Source of the DNA: Bacillota bacterium
GTDB taxonomy: Bacteria; Bacteroidota; Bacteroidia; Bacteroidales; Bacteroidaceae
Length of the DNA: 64,000 nucleotides
NCBI GenBank assembly: GCA_023664625.1
Contig: JAMPFD010000003.1
Location: 106,384 to 170,383 of the forward strand
Direction: 5' to 3'
In this document: piece after piece, positions 39,958 through 47,766 of the stretch
How the letters are laid out: each line of letters opens with the position of its first letter
Position numbering within the stretch: position 1 is the first letter of the stretch
Translations under genes and position numbers: made by a program
Notes under the pieces: model-generated
The model's database searches: none
Seen by the model: only the letters and a program-made list of their open reading frames with translations
What the model was told of the DNA's origin: nothing

Positions 39958-41538
39958 CTACTTTTCTTTCCAATACTGAACAACTTCAAACAAGTCGCCT
40001 TTTTGCAATTCTTTAATATTAGATACACATTGTCCGTTATCTAATTTTTCAAGATTTCGCAGAGTTCGAGATCCATCCTTTTCACTCAGACCTAAGAATT
40101 TGTTTATTGCTTTTGTATTATTAAGGTCGTTTATCGGTAAAAGGAATGCTGTTTCACATTCTTGCGAGAAATCGAAATTGCCTTGGTTATACTCCGATAT
40201 GCCTTGAGAGAGAAGAACTATAGAGACTCCATATGACCGAATTTTTCTAAGTAAAACTTCCAAAATCTCCAAAGACTTTTTTTCTCGGAATAAATCGTGA
40301 GCTTCATCAATCATTAACACATAACGCATGCTTCGGTTACCATCAATGACTTCTGTGCCACCCATATTTGTGAACACATTAAAGATGTAATTAATGATGA
40401 GGAAGATTGACGTGAATCGAACCGTACTATCCAGCTCACCTGATAGAGAAAAATAATAATTGTTATTTAGGAAGATACTTGGATCATTAACTCTTGACGC
40501 AAAGAGTTCATATTCACTAAGACGTTCCATAATTTCAGTAAGAGTGTCACGGTTATCGCCAACCGATTCAATTACCAAATCATAGATTTCCTTCAATGAA
40601 GGATGCTTACCGTCTTTATGTTGAATAAACGCTTCTTTGGTAGCATCTTTTAGTGTTTGTTGCTGCCTCTTGCCGATATTGGAGTATTTAGCAATAATGT
40701 CAACAAACTTATTTATACCTACCAGTTTGTTCTTTTCGTTAACATTGTCAATGAATGAAACGGGATTCAAAGGGAATGGTGTATGAGGCGCATTTATACA
40801 TTCTGTATGAGTTTCTGTAAAAAAGTCACTCATTTTGTTTTTGTCATCCTCACTCAATCCCTTAAAATCAAGGAACAAGAAGTTGACTTGCCCTTGCGTC
40901 TGCTTATATAGTTGACGAAGAAACTCAAGTGCGAATTGAGTCTTACCGGAACCTGACTTTCCGGCAACAGCAATATGCTGATTATTGTAACGAGTGGAAT
41001 CGTTGAAACAGCAATATATATTCTCACCTGTCGAAATATTATAGCCCACTTTTATTTGGATTGGTCCTGAAAAGGTAGTTTTTGTGATATGTTGATTTCG
41101 ATTTTCAACACAATCAAATCTTTCAGGAGTATCCTCAATCAAATCAATTCCTTTTCTGAAGTATTCAGTTAAGAAATCGAAGAAAGTATATTGTGGATTG
41201 TTTTCAAACAGATAATTTATCTTTTCTAATCCATGGTCAATATGCAACTTTATATATTTGGGAATAAGCTCATCGTTTTTAGTTATTCCATATGCCTGAC
41301 AAATTAAGGCAATATAGAAATCTCTATACTGTCCATCAAACAGAATATGGTCTTTGTATTCTTTTCCTTGTGAATCGTAGGTAGAAAATTCCTGTTGGGT
41401 AAAGCGTTTTCCCGTAGACAAAGAATAGCCTAATGCAATACGAGCTATCACATTTTCTTTTGTACCCCCAGTAAGTTTTTTTGTTAATTGGGTTACAATG
41501 GCTTGATTTTCGCCAGATGTTTTGATGTTAATTTGCAT
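39958..41538 (-). CDS. Fusion protein: N-terminal DndE-like domain + C-terminal HerA/FtsK-type (DUF87-like) P-loop ATPase
   Basis: 526 aa. Residues 1-115 (LTKKLTGGTKENVIARIALGYSL ... KYIKLHIDHGLEKI) follow the DndE pattern (TGxTxNVxARxAxxxSL ... HxxDGI). Residues 190-460 carry Walker A AVAGKSGSGKTQF and Walker B LMIDEAHDLF. Overlaps the dndD-like gene by 11 nt. Confidence 0.7.
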   Translation of the reverse strand: MQINIKTSGENQAIVTQLTKKLTGGTKENVIARIALGYSLSTGKRFTQQEFSTYDSQGKEYKDHILFDGQYRDFYIALICQAYGITKNDELIPKYIKLHIDHGLEKINYLFENNPQYTFFDFLTEYFRKGIDLIEDTPERFDCVENRNQHITKTTFSGPIQIKVGYNISTGENIYCCFNDSTRYNNQHIAVAGKSGSGKTQFALEFLRQLYKQTQGQVNFLFLDFKGLSEDDKNKMSDFFTETHTECINAPHTPFPLNPVSFIDNVNEKNKLVGINKFVDIIAKYSNIGKRQQQTLKDATKEAFIQHKDGKHPSLKEIYDLVIESVGDNRDTLTEIMERLSEYELFASRVNDPSIFLNNNYYFSLSGELDSTVRFTSIFLIINYIFNVFTNMGGTEVIDGNRSMRYVLMIDEAHDLFREKKSLEILEVLLRKIRSYGVSIVLLSQGISEYNQGNFDFSQECETAFLLPINDLNNTKAINKFLGLSEKDGSRTLRNLEKLDNGQCVSNIKELQKGDLFEVVQYWKEK

Positions 41539-43642
41539 ATCCGCTATTGTTGTATTCTTCGAAAAGATTTTCTGGTTTCACTTCAACAAAGTGTGAACCA
41601 TTCTTCTCATTATTTATTAAATAGGATTTATTCACAATCGGTTGAATATATTGATATTCTTCTTCCGTCAATTCTTTTTTAAGAAGGGGAAAGAGAATCA
41701 CTTGTTTTGAAACATTTGGATAGAACTTCGTGAGTACATTCTTTGTATGTTGTGGGTCAAATTTCTGCATAGGACTATCTATGAAAACAGGAAAATCAAT
41801 TTCTGTTTCATCAACCAAAGCACTTAACAGCGCAGATGCAAACATCTGGCGTTCACCCATGGAAAGAATGCTATTGTCAATTTTCTTGTCATCATATCCA
41901 AATAGGCAGATGTCAACATCATCGCCATTGCCATTGATGTCAACAATTACCTTTTTAACAAGATTGGTCTTGTGCAAATATGATTGAAGTTTTGTCTCTA
42001 ATTTCTTCGCAAGAGCCTTTTTCTTTTCATCTTTGAAGCGAATAAGGAATTTTTGTATCGTATTGATCAGACGCGTAGCCTCATTGTCAACTGCGCGGTT
42101 CTGATCAGACACATTTATTTTTTTAGAGAGAATCTCCTTTTGCTTTTTGTGAGCAATCACTTGTTCTTGAAGTGATTCTATTTCACTTTGTCTTTTCCCG
42201 ATCTCAATACCTATAGAATCTATCTGACGGTCGATATTCTCTTTTCGGGTTCTCAAATCTTGAACATAATCGCTCTCTGCCTTTTTCTCAGCCTCTCGAA
42301 TGTTCTTTTCGATTGTGTATAATTCTGATTTAGCCTTGGTGTATTTGTTAATTAGATTTTCAAAAGAGGACTTACTATCTTTGATTTTCGCAATAATATG
42401 CGTAAATTCATCAATCTGTCCTTGGCTAAAGTCATGCAACGTACTGAAGTGCTCAAACTTACTTTCATCAGAAACATTGTAAAAATGCTTTTTGATGAGT
42501 TGTCTGATTTGAAGCTCGTAGAAGTCTCTAGTCTTTATATCTATTGAGAAATGAAGATCCTTCTTTGCTTCTTCAATATCGCCAAGTATGACATCAGTTT
42601 TATCATTAACTCCTTCCAACTGAAGCTTGTTCTGCTTATACGCTTTTTCTGTTTCTAATTGGGTTGAAAGTTCAGCCATAATACCTCCAGCCAAGCCAAA
42701 TGGAATAAGACTGTATAAATCTTTAAGACTGTCATCTGCTTCCCTTAACACTATGCCAAGTTCCTCCTTTCGATTATTCAATTTTTGCAATTCATCGGCT
42801 GACATCATATCGCCTTCACGAATCAATTTTGATTGAAGTTCGGCAGAATTATGACGTTTAAACACTCTGTCTTCTTCCAAATTAGATATTTCTTCGATCA
42901 ATCTGCCAATTTCTCCTTCTTTAAAATCAATATCTGCGATTAGCCCATTAAACTCGCGCTTCTCTTGAGGTTTAGCAGATGATTTCCTATAATCATCCTG
43001 AATTCTAACCAACTCATTTTTGAGATCTTCGTATTTCTGTATGCCAAGAACTTGAGAATATGCAAGACTTAAATCTTTTCGTTGTTCTGGAGTATTTATT
43101 TGAGCAAATGAAACTATCTTTTCTGCATCAAAGAAAAAGAATTTTGCAATCTCTATTGGAAGTATGTAATCCCGAATAAATATTTCCTCTTCTTTTGCAA
43201 TTTCCTCTTTTGATCCCGTGAACAAATCGTTCTTCCGGCCATCAATCAGAATTTCTAACTCGTCATCATAATTTGTTGCACTATCATAGGAACGAACAAT
43301 TGTTATCTCGGTGCAAGGCGTATCAGGAATTTCTACGTCCGTAAATGTAACGGACACAGAGAACCGAGTTTCGCCTTCTTTCTGTGCAGCAAAGTTGAGA
43401 CTATTACCAATGTATTTACTATAACCTCCTTTTTCGTCAATTTCTTTACGATATAGTTCATCAACCTTCCCCATGTTCTTACCATATAGGCACCAAACTA
43501 ATGACATGAGAAAAGTTGTTTTGCCGAAACCATTATTACCACTGACGATAATCAGATTCCTATTCCCATCGGGAAAAAGTTCAATCTTATTCTTCCCTTT
43601 ATAAATTCGGAAATTATTAAGTTCTATTTCGCGTATCGTCAT
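41528..43642 (-). CDS. dndD: DndD-like SMC/ABC-type ATPase (DNA sulfur-modification protein DndD / SspC family)
   Basis: 704 aa. N-terminal Walker A VSGNNGFGKTTFL, a long coiled-coil, C-terminal ABC signature LSMGERQ, and a D-loop/Walker B FPVFIDSP. A 4-nt overlap with the dndC-like gene suggests translational coupling. Confidence 0.75.
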   Translation of the reverse strand: MTIREIELNNFRIYKGKNKIELFPDGNRNLIIVSGNNGFGKTTFLMSLVWCLYGKNMGKVDELYRKEIDEKGGYSKYIGNSLNFAAQKEGETRFSVSVTFTDVEIPDTPCTEITIVRSYDSATNYDDELEILIDGRKNDLFTGSKEEIAKEEEIFIRDYILPIEIAKFFFFDAEKIVSFAQINTPEQRKDLSLAYSQVLGIQKYEDLKNELVRIQDDYRKSSAKPQEKREFNGLIADIDFKEGEIGRLIEEISNLEEDRVFKRHNSAELQSKLIREGDMMSADELQKLNNRKEELGIVLREADDSLKDLYSLIPFGLAGGIMAELSTQLETEKAYKQNKLQLEGVNDKTDVILGDIEEAKKDLHFSIDIKTRDFYELQIRQLIKKHFYNVSDESKFEHFSTLHDFSQGQIDEFTHIIAKIKDSKSSFENLINKYTKAKSELYTIEKNIREAEKKAESDYVQDLRTRKENIDRQIDSIGIEIGKRQSEIESLQEQVIAHKKQKEILSKKINVSDQNRAVDNEATRLINTIQKFLIRFKDEKKKALAKKLETKLQSYLHKTNLVKKVIVDINGNGDDVDICLFGYDDKKIDNSILSMGERQMFASALLSALVDETEIDFPVFIDSPMQKFDPQHTKNVLTKFYPNVSKQVILFPLLKKELTEEEYQYIQPIVNKSYLINNEKNGSHFVEVKPENLFEEYNNSGYAN

Positions 43643-44979
43643 GATTTCTTTTTATTTACAAATTCCTCTAAACGAGACTCAATTTCTGTTTTCAAGCCAC
43701 GGCGTCGCTGCATGAGTGACTTGCTTTTCTGAAGCATAAGAAGTTGCTCTATCAATTCACCTTCTTCAAGGTTCTCTTGGCAAATTTCTTTCATCAAATC
43801 TGCTTCCAATTTGTTTTTTATCTTGCCCTCTTCCATATTTAATGAGGAATTATAGATTTTGTTATATATTTCTGATACTTGATGTGCAAAGTTAAAATCT
43901 CGATACCAATTCACTTGAATTGCAATCAATTCTTGATCTGTAATGAGTTTTATTTCAGGATTATATTGTTGCAATTCATGTTGAACATTTAACAGTCCTT
44001 CCAACATTTTCGCTCTATATGTGAAAGTGTAGGATCCCATATCGTTCACGGCTCTTCTTCCATCCCGTCGCAACGGGAACCGATTCTCAATGATATTCCG
44101 TTCTTGATCCAGTTTTAACCTAAAATCATAAAGCGGTTGCATCCATTCTCGCCCATTTTTTATAAGCGAACGCATGGACTTATCATCCTTCACAACAGTA
44201 CAAGTCCAACAACCGAAACGACTTTGACCACAAGAACCATGACTTTTGTCTGTTACAACGGTTGGACATTCGTAATCGTCCGCACTCGCATCAACATAAA
44301 TGTTAAACAGGATTTTGTTATCAAATCCCCAAGGAGATGGAATGGTATTTATTATGTACCAGACTTCTTCTAACATCAATTCTTTGATTGGTGCATAGAC
44401 ATATGTATTTGTCAACAGAGTATGATTGGTAAGTCGCTTGCCATGAATTTCATGTTTCTTGATGGAACGAGCGCGAGTTGCACTTTCAGCCTTTCTTGTT
44501 CCTATTAAAATTATAGCTTCCCCACACTCGTCAACTTGTTCAATTATAAAACGAGCAGTAGGTTTAATTTTCATTTTCTCTGTACACCATCTAAATGCTG
44601 TGTTCGGGACAGGATAACCTTTCCCGATAACATTCACCCAAAATGAATCTTCCAATCGAGGCGTAGTCTTCCGGACAAAAATAGGCAAATCTTCTTCTCT
44701 CGCTTTTTTTTCTATCTGTTCAAGAACTTGATCAACATACGATGCAATTATAGGATTTTCAACCATTGTATCATTACATACTACATATATTGGTCTACGA
44801 AGTTGAAATGGCCCCGGTAGTTCTTTTAATTTTTCGAGCGCAATCCATACAAGCATTAATAATACTGTTGAATCTTTTCCTCCACTGAATCCTATAATCC
44901 ATGGTCGGGTTGATTCATCAGCATACGCATACTGGTCAAGAATTTCATCTATTATATATTCAATACGTTTATTCCTCAT
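43639..44979 (-). CDS. dndC: DndC-like PP-loop ATP pyrophosphatase (PAPS reductase fold) with a Cys cluster
   Basis: 446 aa with the PP-loop IIGFSGGKDSTVLL and the cysteine cluster CPTVVTDKSHGSCGQSRFGCWTCT, typical of the DndC/SspD Fe-S site. Confidence 0.75.
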   Translation of the reverse strand: MRNKRIEYIIDEILDQYAYADESTRPWIIGFSGGKDSTVLLMLVWIALEKLKELPGPFQLRRPIYVVCNDTMVENPIIASYVDQVLEQIEKKAREEDLPIFVRKTTPRLEDSFWVNVIGKGYPVPNTAFRWCTEKMKIKPTARFIIEQVDECGEAIILIGTRKAESATRARSIKKHEIHGKRLTNHTLLTNTYVYAPIKELMLEEVWYIINTIPSPWGFDNKILFNIYVDASADDYECPTVVTDKSHGSCGQSRFGCWTCTVVKDDKSMRSLIKNGREWMQPLYDFRLKLDQERNIIENRFPLRRDGRRAVNDMGSYTFTYRAKMLEGLLNVQHELQQYNPEIKLITDQELIAIQVNWYRDFNFAHQVSEIYNKIYNSSLNMEEGKIKNKLEADLMKEICQENLEEGELIEQLLMLQKSKSLMQRRRGLKTEIESRLEEFVNKKKS

Positions 44980-45018
44980 TTCGGATTTTTATCATAAATC
45001 AGACATTTGATTTATAGG

Positions 45019-45231
45019 TTAAAAAGTTTTAAAGTCTTTATTCACTAAATCGGTCAATTCGACATCTAATAGGTGTGATATTTTAATTAGGGTTTCAATA
45101 TCTGGCTGAGAACTATTTGTACACCATTTTGAAACGGTGGATGGGTTGACATTTAATTGCTCACACAACCACTTATTTGTTCTCTTCTTCTCCGCTAAAA
45201 CAACTTTCAGACGATTTATATCTGTTTCCAT
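45019..45231 (-). CDS. XRE-family HTH transcriptional regulator (controller-like), first gene of the operon
   Basis: 70 aa. LAEKKRTNKWLCEQLNVNPSTVSKWCTNSSQPDIETLIKISHLLDVELTDLV is a Cro/C1-type HTH. Lies 40 nt upstream of the dndC-like gene. Confidence 0.7.
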   Translation of the reverse strand: METDINRLKVVLAEKKRTNKWLCEQLNVNPSTVSKWCTNSSQPDIETLIKISHLLDVELTDLVNKDFKTF

Positions 45232-45728
45232 CTTGGCAAAATTTGTTATTTTCTCACAAAAATAGTGATTTCATTTCACTCGACAAAAGAAATGGATTAG
45301 TTTATGATAAAAATAACCAGAAATACTGATTTGAATCATTATAATAAACACAGTTGCTATAGAAGTTCTATTTATATGTTATCAATACACGTAGTGTCGG
45401 AGTTAGTGTGTAAGTTGGTGTTAGAGTTGATATTAAAAGTGTCAGAGTGTCCTTACTATCTATGTCTATAGTGCTAATACATTCTTGTCGCAAACCTCAA
45501 AAATAATTGCGACAACATCATGCCTTATGTCAATAGATGGTACTTGTATTTGTTAAATGGGCTTAGTACAGTCTTCGCTCCTGCTTGTTTCTGCGTAAAC
45601 AATGCGTAAACAAACTATTTCAGTTAGGGGGATTTAGTGAATTTCATAGAGGATAGCGAATTTTGCAACTAACTGATATTCAACAAAGATTAATAAAACG
45701 GACTATCACAGAATATCATCTTATCGTT

Positions 45729-45812
45729 CTCATAATCTGGAGGTCCCAGGTTCAAGCCCTGGCTGGTCCACAAACAAAATCAAGCGGTTACGAATTTCGT
45801 AACTGCTTTTTT
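45729..45812 (+). repeat. attR direct repeat: displaced copy of the tRNA-Met 3' half plus terminator hairpin
   Basis: ctcataatctggaggtcc-caggttcaagccctgg-ctggtccac...gcggttacgaatttcgtaactgc-tttttt. The T-stem has the swapped compensatory pair (ccagg/cctgg, against cctgg/ccagg in the intact tRNA). Confidence 0.85.
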
Positions 45813-46451
45813 GTGTCTGTGTGCAGGCTACATGCATACCATAGTATCAATGAAAAACCGATTGGATTCTGTTGGACAGCTGAATAATAAAATGACTCCC
45901 CATGCGGGAAGAAGCATGCAGGGGATATGAATATCAGCGAAGGACAACCGCACATGCAGTCTTATGAGCAGTGTAAAAAAAAGAGAGAATCAGCATACAG
46001 TCTGCATGACCAATGTCATAAAGGATTCCCTGCATCCACTTTACAGGAGCGAACAAAAACCAATTCAGAATACTTGTCTTACTCGTCTTCAGATTACGCA
46101 CAGTAAAGTCTGCTGTGCTCTTTAACGTATCCACATAGTTATTTTGTTCTGATGGCAATCACCGCACCCTTGCACTGCAAAATAAGGGCTATTATTTCAG
46201 AAACAAAGGGAGTTCCTTGACATTATTACCATTATAAATAATCAATATCTTCACGGAAGACCATATGAGCCACGTAACATCAAGACAAGCATGACGGAAT
46301 AATGTAAATGACGGAGTACAAAGCCGGCATGCAAATCAAAAGCCGACTATGCAAAAATCATCCCGGGGGGGCAGGCACCGGTTGCCTGTCCATGATTATT
46401 TATATGGAACTTATGCAATGGCTCTTTCCCCGAAGTACAGAATGAACATTG

Positions 46452-47096
46452 TCACAGCAGATACTTCACAGCCTCAGGGCCTTCGTTGAAGAGGAGGTCG
46501 AGGATGGATAGGCCGGGAAGGAAACCGTGGCGTTCACGGTAGACTTGATAGTAAGGTTGTGGGGAGCAGATTGCGGGGAGCAGATTGTGGGGAACAGGAG
46601 TCTTTGGTGAGATGAGATAGCGATAGTCCTGAGCCTCCGCAAGTTTGTCTGAAGGAATGAATTCCTCGGTAAAGCCAAAGGTAATGTCAAGGTCAAGGAG
46701 GCGGCACATGAGTTCCGCGGAGGCCATGTTGTAGTCGAGGAGGTAGTCCTTATGTACGGGTGATGACGGTCCTTCGTCGATGAAGAAGGGCCGGATGTCG
46801 TCCTGATAGTACTCGAAGAATGCGGATTCGCCGTAGGCTGTGCAGAGTGCCTGCCAGTGGAGGTGTCGCCAGTTGCCGTGGTCGGAGATGCGTATGTCCT
46901 TGATGAGTTGGCTGCTGCCGTGGGTCACGGGGACAGTGAGAGCCTGTGTGCCGTTGGCGGTGGCTATGACGCAGCGGTTTCTGTAGGTCTGCTTCCGGAA
47001 CGACTCACATGCTTCTATGGAGACGTGCGAGCCGGAGCAACGGCTCAGGAGTGAATACCATTGCACAGGACCGAAATATGTTGTTGAGAGTATCAA
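46452..47096 (-). CDS. WbqC-like family protein
   Basis: 214 aa in the usual size range and layout. There is a stop three codons upstream in frame, so the start is the TTG at 47094-47096, preceded by the ATAACC leader. Confidence 0.55.
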   Translation of the reverse strand: MILSTTYFGPVQWYSLLSRCSGSHVSIEACESFRKQTYRNRCVIATANGTQALTVPVTHGSSQLIKDIRISDHGNWRHLHWQALCTAYGESAFFEYYQDDIRPFFIDEGPSSPVHKDYLLDYNMASAELMCRLLDLDITFGFTEEFIPSDKLAEAQDYRYLISPKTPVPHNLLPAICSPQPYYQVYRERHGFLPGLSILDLLFNEGPEAVKYLL

Positions 47097-47237
47097 TGGG
47101 GTTTACGGTTGTAGGTTATGGGGTGAGGTGTGGGAAAATTTTCCATACGGCAGGGATACGCGCCATGGCGCACCCGCAATCAAATGGATTATCACTGCAA
47201 CCGGCGGACTGACAAACCGGCGGACTGCCGGCGCAGG

Positions 47238-47675
47238 TCAGCGGTTTATCTCATGCTCCCCGGCATATCTGCGGAGATCCTCCTCGTCGCCTATGAGTTC
47301 TTCTCTGTCAAACTCATCGCGTCCGTGCAGGTCAGCGTCACAGTCTTCTCTGCGCACACGATAATATTTGCCGTCAAGTTTCTCTATTTCCCAGTATTCA
47401 TCCTCTGCGGCAGTTATTATATCCGGCTCGTCGTCAGAAGAAATTCCTGAAGATTCACTGATGCCCAAGTCCTCCAGAGTCACCGTTCCAAGCCTCACCG
47501 TACTTTCAAGAGGCTCACGTCTATTGTCCTTTTTCTGTACCACGGCGGCATCCCGGACAGATGTCTCTTCACCGGACCTGTCATATAATACGATGCCAAG
47601 CATGAGGCAAAGCAAGACGGCTGTCCACAGCATCGGCGAGGAATCGCCAAGGAAGAGTTTCTTGCACAATTTCAT
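47238..47675 (-). CDS. Hypothetical membrane-anchored acidic protein
   Basis: 145 aa with an N-terminal TM helix (MLWTAVLLCLMLGIVLY) and a highly acidic C-terminus. Confidence 0.4.
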   Translation of the reverse strand: MKLCKKLFLGDSSPMLWTAVLLCLMLGIVLYDRSGEETSVRDAAVVQKKDNRREPLESTVRLGTVTLEDLGISESSGISSDDEPDIITAAEDEYWEIEKLDGKYYRVRREDCDADLHGRDEFDREELIGDEEDLRRYAGEHEINR

Positions 47676-47766
47676 AAGGCTCAGGAATCATCTGCCCAAA
47701 AGCTACCCGACACATCCGTCAGGCCTATAGAAAAGGGCAGGCTGATGTATCGGGCAAAAGGCTGTA

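Larger units (their letters stand above)
26256..45812. mobile_element. Integrative mobilizable element of about 19.6 kb (NBU-like) inserted in the 3' half of tRNA-Met, carrying a defense cargo operon
   Basis: Direct repeats of about 80 bp sit at 26256-26336 and 45729-45812, covering the tRNA 3' half plus the terminator hairpin. The first 18 bp (ctcataatctggaggtcc) are identical. Tyrosine integrase, a DUF3853 Xis-like protein, a VirE/primase-like protein, MobC and a relaxase lie inside, with no tra/T4SS genes. The arm-type repeat GCGTAAACAAtGCGTAAACAAAC occurs near both ends. Confidence 0.85.

Noticed and set aside
45663-45887. 74-aa plus-strand ORF
   Set aside because: It overlaps the displaced tRNA-Met 3' fragment (attR) and its terminator. 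Not coding.
45813-46451. About 640 bp without a confident gene (the small ORF 45934..46158 only)
   Set aside because: There is no motif, start context or leader typical of this genome. It may hold the WbqC terminator (hairpin near 46365-46392) and promoter debris from before the insertion. Left unannotated.
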